Notes under the pieces: model-generated | Told to the model about the DNA's origin: nothing | Database searches by the model: none | Seen by the model: the letters and a program-made list of their open reading frames with translations, nothing else | Part shown: one piece after another, positions 51,595 through 62,292 of the stretch | Layout: each line of letters begins with the position of its first letter | How positions within the stretch are numbered: position 1 is the stretch's first letter | DNA from: Eukaryota sp. TZLM1-RC | Lineage: Eukaryota; Protista; Metamonada: BaSk clade | Assembly: GCA_040285825.1 (NCBI GenBank) | Contig: JAUPSS010000008.1 | Coordinates: 868,001-932,000, forward strand | Length of the DNA stretch: 64,000 bases | Direction: 5' to 3' | Program-made: the position numbers and the translations under genes

Positions 51595-52257
51595 TCAACT
51601 TATATATGAATTAAACATTGTTCGCAACAAAGGATTCTGTTGAGTCACATTCTCTATGGTTTTCAGTACTATATCTTGAATAGCGTCTGCAATTACAGAC
51701 AATTCAAGTGTAGCATCTATATTGGTCCACGGTATTCCTTCAGCTTTAACTATAGTGGCTACTTGGTCAAATGCATTCTTCACACCACGTTGAAACTGCC
51801 GATCTTCATATCTCTCATCTCCAAAACCAGCACGTTTAGCCAACACATCTGGGTTGGCAGAGAGGAAAACAACCAAGTCAGGTGCCAATACACCTGCATC
51901 GGCTTGGACACATTTATAAAAGTCTAAACCCTTTGCTGCACTGTAAGCGACGCCAGAAAAGGCATATCTAGAACAAATAACGTTTGTTCCTGATAATAAG
52001 AGGGTTTTGATCTCCTGTTCCTTCTCTCTTCGGTTCTGTGCGAACAGCTGATGAATCTCCCAGTCAGTAAGGTGTATTTCTTGACGAAGATATTTGTTGA
52101 TAAGCTGTCCACAATGAGTAGTGCGGTCTGGGAAGTGTAAACATGTGGTCTTGATTTTGAGTTCAGACAGGGTGTTGAGCAGTAGTTCAAGCTGGCTACT
52201 CTTCCCAGCACGATCAAGTCCTTCTATGACAATAAAGGATCCCCTTTTGGACTGCAT
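51595..52257 (-). CDS. DTYMK: Thymidylate kinase
   Basis: RGSFIVIEGLDRAGKSSQ, FPDRTT, RYAFSGVAYSAAKG, PDLV, FGDERYE. Confidence 0.97.
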   Translation of the reverse strand: MQSKRGSFIVIEGLDRAGKSSQLELLLNTLSELKIKTTCLHFPDRTTHCGQLINKYLRQEIHLTDWEIHQLFAQNRREKEQEIKTLLLSGTNVICSRYAFSGVAYSAAKGLDFYKCVQADAGVLAPDLVVFLSANPDVLAKRAGFGDERYEDRQFQRGVKNAFDQVATIVKAEGIPWTNIDATLELSVIADAIQDIVLKTIENVTQQNPLLRTMFNSYIS

Positions 52258-52441
52258 CAGATTTATTAGATTTTATGTGTACCAGTAATCATTGAATTAA
52301 ATATCTCAGTGCTTTCATTTAATTAAAAAATAAAATCATTTTTTGTAGTAAATTTATCGTAATAATATTTATCTTTTATGTTGGTAGATAAATTTTATCT
52401 TATTTATTATATTGTATTTTTATTCAAATAAAGTATCTTAG

Positions 52442-52544
52442 TACTGTGAATTTCACTTATTGTGCATTCTACTGTGAAATTCACTCCTGTTTTCAACTTT
52501 CTCAATGTCTACTCACAGGCTGTAAGAGACGTGTAGCGTCATTT
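52442..52544. repeat. About 100-bp dispersed structured repeat, copy 2
   Basis: Perfect 11-bp inverted repeat GTGAATTTCAC / GTGAAATTCAC; ends in a T-run. Confidence 0.8.
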
Positions 52545-52624
52545 TTTTACGCAGAATTTTTAATTTATCTAATAAGGAATATGAAATCATGAAATACACA
52601 ACTAAAACTCCACATCCTCAAAAT

Positions 52625-53045
52625 CTGACACTTTGGTTCAAAGAAGAAAACTTTATCCTGTAAGTGCTCTTGAATTTAAAGCTAAAAAAACATAGAAAAT
52701 ATGACAAAGATTTCGAAGAAGCTAATGCTGATAGAAATAGACCACTTATTTTTATTCCTTTCCCATTTTCGATAAACGGAAGACTATCAGTAGAAGCAGC
52801 AAATTTTTTGAATGATTTCCAAAAAATGGTTCAGCAAAAACAATGAAAAGTTTTGATATCCTTTTATGGCGCTCTCGAATTCAATTTGCCATAATTAATA
52901 AATTACCTCGGTTTCTCAATCGAATTAGAGAACCTTTAGCGAGACAGCAAGCAGATCAAGATTTTGTAGATGAAATCTTGGTTCAATGAATTTCGTCCCA
53001 TCAGTTATGATTTTATTTTGTCAAGTGTGGAAGTTCAATAAATAA
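52625..53045 (+). mobile_element. Family B non-LTR 3' fragment
   Basis: Matches the family B end and tail. Confidence 0.88.
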
Positions 53046-53927
53046 AAATTAGTATAAATAAATAAATTGTCAATAAATACCAATTAGATTATTTCAAAAA
53101 AAAACTAATCAAATACTTTCAAACAAACAATAATAGTTTAGAGTGAAATGATTATTTAATTTCATGATTTTTGAGTCAAACAAATAAATGCAATAATTTG
53201 GCAATTCAGCTTTAAAGACATCCTTGGTAACAATATTTGACTAAAAAAGGAAGTGCAATCGCCATTCATGAGATAATCAATAGACTAATTCTAAGATTAA
53301 TTCTGTGGAAGCTGTTGTTGATCACCCCACTGCTCAATGAAAAGCTCAAATGTGAAGATAAGACAGAGATAATGTGGGATAATCTACTTTCTCTTGAATC
53401 ATCCATCAATGTAAGCAATAGAAAGAGTGTAAAGATCAATGCAATAGCTTGAATTTTTGTAAGCAAAAGCCACATTTTTGAAGTTCTTATGACGTTTTCC
53501 TGGCACTTAGTCAGAACTAGCCCGGGTTTAGAAGCTAATTTAAAATATATTTTCACACAATAGATCAAAAGAAAAAAGAAATTCCACGATGACCAAATGC
53601 TAAATAAAAGTTTCAATTAATTTTACCGCGACCCATTAATTAATTGCCCCGAGCAAATGTTTATTCTATATGTAGAATCCTGAAACGAAATTTTGAACAA
53701 GTTCGAAAAGAATACACCCTAGTAAGAAGATAATCCTAGCTTTCGTTGTGTAATTTGGGTTCCAAAATATGAAAAAAATAAAAAAAAATAAACAAAAAAT
53801 TAAATAAAATTACTACTGATTACTAGCCTTGTGGTTTTGTCCCTCAGTCAAGATTTGTATTCGGCACAATGAAGATAACTCACAAAACACTAAAACATTG
53901 ACCTTAAAAATACAAAATTTATTGAAA

Positions 53928-55685
53928 TTACATTGACTTGGTTAATACATTCAAAACATCTTCAACAAGATCTTCTTCTTTCAACAATTGCAACAATCGC
54001 TTTCTAGCTAAACCAAAGTCAATACTCAGCAAGTTTTTCTCCAAAGAAAAAAAAGTTGCTCCAGAAACAAATGGATGGTCAAGGATATCTTCCACAGAAA
54101 GCCTTGATTCCACATTCCGAACTAACATGTTTTTTAGTAAATCAATCGCCAGATGAGATGCTGCAGGTGCTTCAGGGTATTCTATTGGCACAGAAGGGTC
54201 TGGAATCTTCCTCAATTTTTGATACATATTTGTGTATTGATCAAACGGGGGTCTCTTATAGATCATTTGATACAAAATGCAACCAAGTGACCAAACATCT
54301 GATTTTCTCCCAACTTTTAATATAGACTCAGTTGAGCTGGTTTCTTGGCCAACAATAGCTTCAGGCGCTAAGTAATTGAGGGTTCCTGCTAAAGTATTTC
54401 GATGAATATTGGTCGTATCAACAGAAATTGAACCAGCAATACCAAAGTCGATCAATTTTAATTGACCGGCAACCAACATGAAATTAGCAGGTTTTAGATC
54501 CCCATGAACAATTCTTTCTTCATGAATTACCTTGACTGACAGAACCATACGCTCAAAATACAGTTTAACAAAGTTGCTGGAAATACAAGAATTTTGGGAA
54601 GTTTCTCGTTGTAATAATTTATTAAGATCAATTTCACCAAACTCAAGAACCAAAACCATTGATGATTCATCCTCATAGAAATCCAAAAGGTCAATAATTA
54701 GGTCAGAGTCAGCAAGAATCTTGAGGAAATTGATCTCATTTCTAAACATTTCTTTTGTGTTGATATCACTAGGATCAAACTGAACAACTTTCAAGGCAAC
54801 CATCTTGAGATCTGGGTTTAACGCCTTAAAAACCCTTGAAGAACCACCCCTTCCTATTTGACCAAGTATTTCGTAATAAACATCATTGACAACCAAACCC
54901 CTTCTTGAATCTTTCTTTTCTTTTGGTTCATTAACAACTGTTTCCTTGGCAAAATTCCCTTCTTCCTGAGTTGTTTCAGTTTCTGGCAATTCAAACCTGA
55001 CCTTCCGCTTAGAGGGATCGTCAGTGGGAGCCTTTTGGGGGGCGGGGGTAGCAAAAGGTGAGTGAACGGATTGAGGAAAAGAAAAGTTTTCAGATTCCTT
55101 GATTGAAGGGGCTTCCACAGTTTCGTCCATTTTTTCTGGTCTCCCTATCTTTAATGGCTTCTTCCTTCTACGTAGAAGTGCACGGGGTCCTACAGAGCGG
55201 AGAACAGATGGCGTCCCTACACCATGTGAGGCTAACCGTTTACCAGGGGTAGCAGGGACAGGATCAGAGAGAGAAAGAAGGATTTCAATGGCAGCCAAGT
55301 CAGAGGAGAAGAGAGAATGTGTCTCAGGAGGGAGGGAGTTGACATGGGAGCGGTAGATGAGAGCAGCTTCTGATTTGTCAGAGGTTGCCTTGAGACGAAC
55401 ATAGTCGAGCCAGAGCCGGATGAAATCAGAATCAGAGTAGTCAGGATTTGTTTGGAGATGGCGTAGGGCATTGGAGTAAAGATCCAACTGAGCTAGAGGA
55501 GATGAAGTTTCATTGATGAGAGAAAGCCAAGAAGAAGCAGACGAGACATCAGATGGTCTTATGGGAGACTCTGAAGGAGATGATATGGAGAAAGAGAGTG
55601 ATGAGTTGGACGATGTGGACGTAGGAGTACTGCCAAGTTTGAGTTTATTGATACGGGAACGAAGATGGTCCACAGAATAACTCAT
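53928..55685 (-). CDS. MPS1: Mps1/TTK spindle-checkpoint kinase
   Basis: IGRGGSSRVF, HGDLKPANF, LKLIDFGIA..DTTNIHR..GTLNYLAPE, KSDVWSLGCILYQM; likely start MSYSVDHL at 55685. Confidence 0.93.
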   Translation of the reverse strand: MSYSVDHLRSRINKLKLGSTPTSTSSNSSLSFSISSPSESPIRPSDVSSASSWLSLINETSSPLAQLDLYSNALRHLQTNPDYSDSDFIRLWLDYVRLKATSDKSEAALIYRSHVNSLPPETHSLFSSDLAAIEILLSLSDPVPATPGKRLASHGVGTPSVLRSVGPRALLRRRKKPLKIGRPEKMDETVEAPSIKESENFSFPQSVHSPFATPAPQKAPTDDPSKRKVRFELPETETTQEEGNFAKETVVNEPKEKKDSRRGLVVNDVYYEILGQIGRGGSSRVFKALNPDLKMVALKVVQFDPSDINTKEMFRNEINFLKILADSDLIIDLLDFYEDESSMVLVLEFGEIDLNKLLQRETSQNSCISSNFVKLYFERMVLSVKVIHEERIVHGDLKPANFMLVAGQLKLIDFGIAGSISVDTTNIHRNTLAGTLNYLAPEAIVGQETSSTESILKVGRKSDVWSLGCILYQMIYKRPPFDQYTNMYQKLRKIPDPSVPIEYPEAPAASHLAIDLLKNMLVRNVESRLSVEDILDHPFVSGATFFSLEKNLLSIDFGLARKRLLQLLKEEDLVEDVLNVLTKSM

Positions 55686-55800
55686 GTGAACTATATCATG
55701 GGGGTTGATAAATAATGTGTAAAAAAATAATAATAATAATGTGGTGATGGGAAATTCCCATAAGTACACGATTAATTTTCGTGTGGAACAATTACTACAA

Positions 55801-57990
55801 CTATCTGCTACACAGATACTGAGGCCTTTCATTACCACTCATTCAAGCTTCAGCAATCACAAACATATTCAGACAAGCCAGCTTATTTCTATTGAAAAGC
55901 TTTGTTGAGCCTTTGTTCTGAGTTTGCAACTTTCACTGTTACAAGCTAATAAACCATGACATGTAGTAACTGGAGTCTTTTCTCTTCTATAGAATCTGAG
56001 ATCTGTTACTCTCAAAAACGTAGCAACCTTTTCAAAACAAACAGGATATTTTGTTGAAGTGAATGCTTCATTAACCATCAATACTTCAAATCCATTTCTT
56101 TTCAGAAATTGAATCCATCAATGCCTCGAGTAGGTCTCTGATGTTTCAAATTCTTGGAACCTTTTTTACCATAATCACCCATTAGAATTAAAGTGTCTTT
56201 TGGATTGCCAAACTGCTGAACAAGGCTTTTTAACAACCAACTTTCAGTCTTTTGCTTGTGAATAAAAGCTTGCATTTTATGAATGCTCCACAAGTCAAGA
56301 CTGTAAAGCTCAATTGTCAAAAAAAAACTTGCCGAAGTTTGGCAACCACAAAGTTGGAATAATCTATAAAAGTTGCTGAATTGGCAGCAAAGGTGGATAA
56401 TTCGGTGTTTGCATCTTCGATTGTCTGGTTACTGTCTTCCTCTGCCACGGTATTTTGGGTCGGCCATTTTGTTTGTTTTTCATTAATTCCAATTTTGAAA
56501 GACCAAGACATTTGGGTCATTCTCAACCATTTGTTCTTCTTGTCCTGATTCATCACCCTACTATTTCTTTGTTGTTCGGTTTCATTTTGAGGAACCATGG
56601 CCTATTCTTGATCAGTCTTTTTACTCGCAAAGTATAATAAATTACGTTTTCCAGGATCACATACAACTATTCGTTTATCGAAAATTTTCAACATCATCAA
56701 TATACAAATCAGAAAGACTGGCATTGTTGTCTGGTTTACTTTTCTGGGCTTCCAGATTTCGACGAACGAATTCCACTGCAATATTGTAACCATTTATGTG
56801 GATAATGTTGTTGAATTTATAGCTCTTCTGTTTGAACATTGGTTGGTTTAAATCGAGAATATTATACCAAGATTCAAATTGCTGATGTGGTTTGAATTTC
56901 GTAACTTGGGCTAGTGTATTGGATATTTTCAGCGTCTGTGTAGGTGATAAATCATCGAATAATGTTTGTTTAATAATTCTCCATAATGTTCTTGTATCAA
57001 TAGGAAAATATCCAGGGCCTACAGTGGTTGAAACAGGAGAAATATGATAAGGCTTTCTCTCTCTACTGAAGATATATTGGGCAATTGTAATTGCTGGTTT
57101 TAGGAATAATTGAGGATCTTTTTCAACAGCGTCTGCAAGAAAATGTATATCCACTTGAAATATGTTATCAACTAAATTCTCGTCAGTGACAAAATTCTCA
57201 ATTTGACAAGTAAATGGCTCAATAAGACCTTCAAATATGTCTCTAAGTTCATTGTTTCTTATATCATGTTGTTCATATAATTCGAAAAATTCATCATTCA
57301 GAAGGTCTGAAATATTTTCAGGATGATGAAACAGAGAACTCAAACAATCTCTATCATCAACTAAAAACAAGTTTTGTAATTGGCGAAGTCTAAATCTATA
57401 TAGTGAAATAATGGTAGATAATGGCGTTGCATACCCACCCAGCTTATACATTTCTGCTAACACATTTTCCACATCTGGTTTGTCAAAAAAGACATTAATA
57501 AATCGATTAATATGTGTTTCATATTTTAATTTCAAATTATTCTCAAAATTGGTAAACATTACTGGGCCCATATACTCAGGTGGGCAACTGAATCCATCAG
57601 TCGGAAATCGTGGAAAAAACTCAGGTTTATATCTCAAATGGGCTACATAACTTATAGTTTTGTTCAACTTTTGTTGTTCAAAGGTAGTCGACATTCTATA
57701 ATCTCCTTCACCATAAAGTCTTCAAAATCCTCTGGAAATGCACTCTTTGGTTTCATTATTTCTTCCCCATAATACTCAGCTGAAATATAACGAATTCTGG
57801 CCATTAATGATTCATATAATTGTGCAGATATTCGTGCTGGTATAAAATTGCGTTCAAAACGAGACTGTAAATACAGCTTTAAGCAACAAGTGGTGTGAAT
57901 ACGTAACTGTTGAAATTTTAAAGTAGTTTCTCTCAATTTGAGTATCACATTTGAGTTGACGGTTGCTCGAATGGTTTTATAAGATGATAA
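55801..57990 (-). pseudogene. Near full-length Fanzor, frameshifted
   Basis: N-terminal YKTIR..LKLYL, RuvC-I VVCDPGKRNL, LILMGDY..PTRG, VNEAFTS, CHGLLAC..C, FNRNKLACLNM..ERPQYLCSR*. Confidence 0.9.
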
Positions 57991-58019
57991 AATAAAATTG
58001 TCTTTCTAGAACAGCAGGA

Positions 58020-58850
58020 AAAGTATCAGACAAAATATTCAATCATGAAGTCCAAATAATGGTTAATTTTATCTCAATAAATATTCCAGTTTTTTTAAAA
58101 AAAATATTGAATCGAATTTTGTCTCAGAGTAGAAATAGCTAAAGAATCAATTGGCAAAATATGGGAAAATTCCTGATGAAGTTTGGTTTTCTTTTCATTT
58201 ATCATTTTATCTGCCAGATTGCTTAATCCATGTCCGTAGGGTATTTTTATGAATTTTTTGGCAAATACCAAAGTATCTAAAAGAAAAAAGCAATTTTCCC
58301 TGATGACAACTTCTCTCCATCTCGGTGAAAGTTGATTGAGTACATCAATTGCTGTATCATCTGGAACAGTGGGAAAAATTAAATCAAAATAATATAATCT
58401 ATTTTTTAAAACCTGTAAATCAAACTGTATTAAATTGTGATTAAGAAAACAATGGGGTTGATGATTACCAATAAGGTTTAAGAACCTACGAAGCAAGGTT
58501 TTTTCGTCAGAGAATATTTCTGCCTGAATATCCATATCAATGTCTGGTAATCTAATTTGAGGTCTCATTGGACTCTCTCCCTCTCTGTTTCGACGGAACC
58601 TAAACAAATGCTTGCTTCCCTACTTTCTACTCTATCTACAATTCGTCAAGTATATCACATACGGGGCTCTGCAATATATCAACTGACACATCTCAAAGTC
58701 AAACAGTATGTTGTACTGATAATGGTCTATTCATAAATCATTATGTTAATTAGGTAGTATTTGGCAAGAGCCCAGCCTTTTTTGTTCATCTCATAGAGCA
58801 TGAACCATATTGAATATTGTTGAAAAATGTGCTACACTTCTCGTTAAAAT
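58020..58850 (-). pseudogene. PolB-type (DnaQ-like) 3'-5' exonuclease domain without a polymerase domain
   Basis: ExoI ILFDFEM (58692-58700), FSDEKTLLRRF..P..HNLIQFD (ExoII), LDTL..GLSNLA; frameshifted. Confidence 0.75.
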
Positions 58851-59420
58851 TTGAATAGATTAAATAAAAAATAAACTTTATTTGTTTTGAATATCATTAC
58901 TCATAAATTCTAAAAGTTCACAATGAAAAGTGATGGACTGAGCTTTTTGTGTTATGAAGGCAATTTATTATCATTGGTGTGTGTTTTGAGATTCCCCATG
59001 ATTTTCATTTTGATCATAGTTAAGAGATTATACTTTCTGTATAATGTCTACAATACGGTTACATGATCACACACATTGAATCTACGATATAGGTCCCTAA
59101 TTCAATAACCATATTTGTAGGAATTGATGCTGCTAATCCAATTTGATAAGATTTCTTGATCGCGATGTCAAATTGTTTATTTTTGGTTCTCTATTTTTGC
59201 AAAATCGCCTTTAATTCAACTAGTTAATTCATGGGTTGTTGACATCTCTTTGAGCAAAAGACGATGAATACTTGGCATTATTTTGTTTTGTTTTTTGAAA
59301 CTTCAGTCATGTGAAATTCCAAACAAGACCGTGCAGAACTGTGAGGTGATCAATTGGTAGTGATACGACAGGATACATAAAATAGACCAATATCAAGAAT
59401 GTATGCATGCAACAGATGTT

Positions 59421-59527
59421 TTCAGACATATCCTATGGGTATCTAAGACCCTCCCATAAGAACACCATGTCTGAATAGCAGGTGCTACCTTACATCTGAA
59501 AGTACTTTGCAGGATGTTACTACATAA
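59421..59527 (+). ncRNA. Probable box H/ACA snoRNA
   Basis: Hairpin TTCAGACAT/ATGTCTGAA with internal pocket and TATGGG/CCCATA upper stem, hinge ATAGCA (ANANNA), second hairpin ACATC/GATGT, ACA plus 3 nt. Confidence 0.5.
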
Positions 59528-59631
59528 GCAGTTTATCAGGCATAGATGTTAGGCATTAACATTCCTAAAGAATCTCGTAAATAGAATATCTCTGAAGTTG
59601 TTGACAAGATGGTCTATATTCTTGGTAGTTA

Positions 59632-61094
59632 ATGTTCACGTTTCTACTTGTCTTCAATGCACAAGCAATAGTGGCTGTCTGTGTTCTTTCCATTATTGTT
59701 GCAGTACAAAACCATTACAGGAAGGCTGTCAGAAGGACACCAACCTCACGAAATCAAAGCCCGATGCTGTCCATCGTTTCAGTGTGCAAAGGAATACATG
59801 ATAGTTCCGTTGCTAATTGGAAGGCTTCACTCAACCTAACCTACAATGGTATCCTTCAACATATTTTCGTTGTTGAATCTGATCAAGATCCTGCATATTC
59901 CCAATTACACTCACTTTGTGAATCCCATCAAAACGCAAGACTGGTCATTGCCGGATTGTCATTTCATAACGCACAAAAAATCCACAATCAGCTTTGTGGG
60001 GTTGCTGAATGTTCTCCTAGATCAGAGTTTGTTCTATTTGTAGATGGTTTGTATTTTGGTTAAACCTCAACTCAGACGACATTAAAGTTCATCAAGGGGT
60101 TTTAGAAGAACTTGTTGCCTCATTTGATGATCCAAAGGTACTTGCTGCTACTGGCTATTGCTTTGAACTACCAACACAATTTTCAGAATTCTGGGGACTT
60201 CCTCTGATGATTTATCGTCTGTTGAATCTAGGAAGTTTCTCTGGACAAAGACCAAAGTTCATGTGGGGAGGATTCATGATGTTTAATCTTGACACATTTC
60301 GATTAAACCTTTACAACATTGTGGATGTGTGGAGAAATGGTGGCTATAGTGATGATATGGCCACCGTTGCAATCACAGAGCAGTATGGTCGTACCATTGC
60401 AAGCTGCAGTTCAGCCATTTTCCCTAATGTTCTATCAAAAAGAATTTCATTTGCAAATTATTTTGATTTTATTTCTCGTCAGTTATTTGTATGTCTAACT
60501 TATTCATCCCTAAAGAATAGACTTCAAAACCTATGTCTACTTGTTTTAAACCCTCTTTCCTTCATAGGATTCGGGTTGCCGGTTGTTCTTTCCATGTGCT
60601 TTGGAGTTTACTATTTGTTGGCTCTAGCATTGCCATCAATTCCTCTCATAGAAGTTCCTTTATCATTCACAATATCCTGCATTTTCCTTTCGATAAGCCT
60701 TGTTGTGATAACCTCCATTCTGATTTCACTAGTTAAAACTTTATCCAATGGAGTCTCTGGAGCAGCAGAAAATAATGAAGATTTGAATTACAAACTGCCC
60801 TTTTTCGCTACAATGATGGCTTTAATTGTTCACTTAAAAATTGCAGCTTTTGCATCAATTTATGTTTCTTTTAAAAAAACTATTAAATGGGCTGGAGTTA
60901 TTTACAAGAGAAGAAAAGGGAGAATAGTAGAGGTAAAAAGACCTGGCTACAACGTTTCTGCTAATGAATCCCTCAAACAAACGTTGATAAATGATTCAAG
61001 AAAAGGACTGGTTGTTGGTGGAAGATATCCAAAGTGCATTAGATCTAATGTTGATAGTTCAGCAGGTATTGGGCGATTTGAATGGGAAGAGTAA
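59632..61094 (+). CDS. Ceramide glucosyltransferase-like glycosyltransferase, one intron (60047-60075)
   Basis: N-terminal TM, VCKG, DPAY, KIHNQ, spliced FVDDD, WGG, SDD, C-terminal TMs and IKWAGVIY. Confidence 0.8.
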
Positions 61095-61112
61095 AAGGAA
61101 ATAAATATACAA

Positions 61113-62292
61113 TTATAAAACAACAATCATGGTGGTTGGTAGAGCAAATCGTTGGTTTTCACAAGATAAAATGACTGAAGGTGACGAAACTTGACCTCGT
61201 TTGACTGCCTTGAATTTCATTGACCAATCATAAATACCTGAATTGGAAGGAATGGTAAACTTATCCCCATAGACTCCATCAACGACCAGGGATGAATCAT
61301 GACTGATACAATCAGCAACTCTCACGTGTAAGTCACGGCTCAAATGATTGATTGACCTAAATTTGATTTCAAACTCCTCATCAAGTGAAACAATTCCTGG
61401 ACAAAAAAGAATATCCAGTTCAAATTTCAATAAACATTTATTGACAATTTCATAAGACACTTCTACTTGTTTAGTAACAAACTGCCCGACCCTCAAATCT
61501 TCGGTTTCCCAGTTAACATCAATCAATCCGACATCTAGATTGGAAGTATAATAACGATCTCTGCTCATTTGGCTAGTGATGGGATTGATTTCAAACACAA
61601 ACTGGTGAACATCAGAAGGAGACATGTATAGAGATGGAAAGAGAGAAGGCAAAGGATTAACCTTAAACAAAGAAGAAGGCCTGAATATAACGTCCTTAAG
61701 TCTAATGGCTGAGGGTACCAATGGTTGGAGAGAATAAGATAAGTAGTAACGAAGGTGTGTTGGAGTGATAAGGCTTGATTTAACGGTGAAAGGAACCTGA
61801 ACTGTGAAGGGAAATGAGAAAGAAAGAGTTTTACCATCAAAGATTGGGGAGAGAACAAGAGAAAAAGAAGGAGAGAGAGCTTGTCTGACAGTGAATTTGA
61901 CGAGGAAAGAGCGTGTGGAGTTGGCTGGGAGGTGTTTCTCGGTGTGCTTTGATCTGTCAAATAGATCATGGTCCTTAGAGAAATCAGTTTGAGTGAACAC
62001 TGACGGAGAGAAGTAGGCAACTGGGATCAAATTAGTGAAGGAAACATGACATGTCACAACTTCACCCAGGTAAATTTCAAAAGGTGAACTCTGAGATAAT
62101 TCAAAAGAGTGGTTTTCAAGAACTTTTGAAGGAATAGGATATAGCTCAAAGGGAGGAGGGGTATATGACTCCTTGATATGAGAACTCAGAGGGTCTTCAG
62201 AAATATTATCATTTCCAGGAGGTCTTGGGGGGTCGAGAATGTCAGGATAGCGTATAACTACACACTTGACATTGAAAGGAGTAGAATCCATT
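61113..62292 (-). CDS. TRAPPC13: TRAPPC13-like trafficking protein
   Basis: EIYLGEVVTCHVSFTN, F.F.V..PF, GLIDVNW..GQ motifs; about 393 aa, beta-rich. Confidence 0.65.

Noticed and set aside
53266-53616. Hydrophobic ORF (also 17205-17477)
   Set aside because: Non-ATG start and no recognisable motif; cannot be supported as a gene.
55686-55838. N-terminal extension of the Mps1 ORF in the ORF track
   Set aside because: It overlaps the Fanzor 3' end and an AT-rich spacer; ATG 55685, with an upstream TATCAACC, is more plausible.
59625-59665. Possible first intron in the glycosyltransferase from ATG 59609
   Set aside because: 41 nt and lacks the -7 A; ATG 59632 already gives an open frame with a TM segment.
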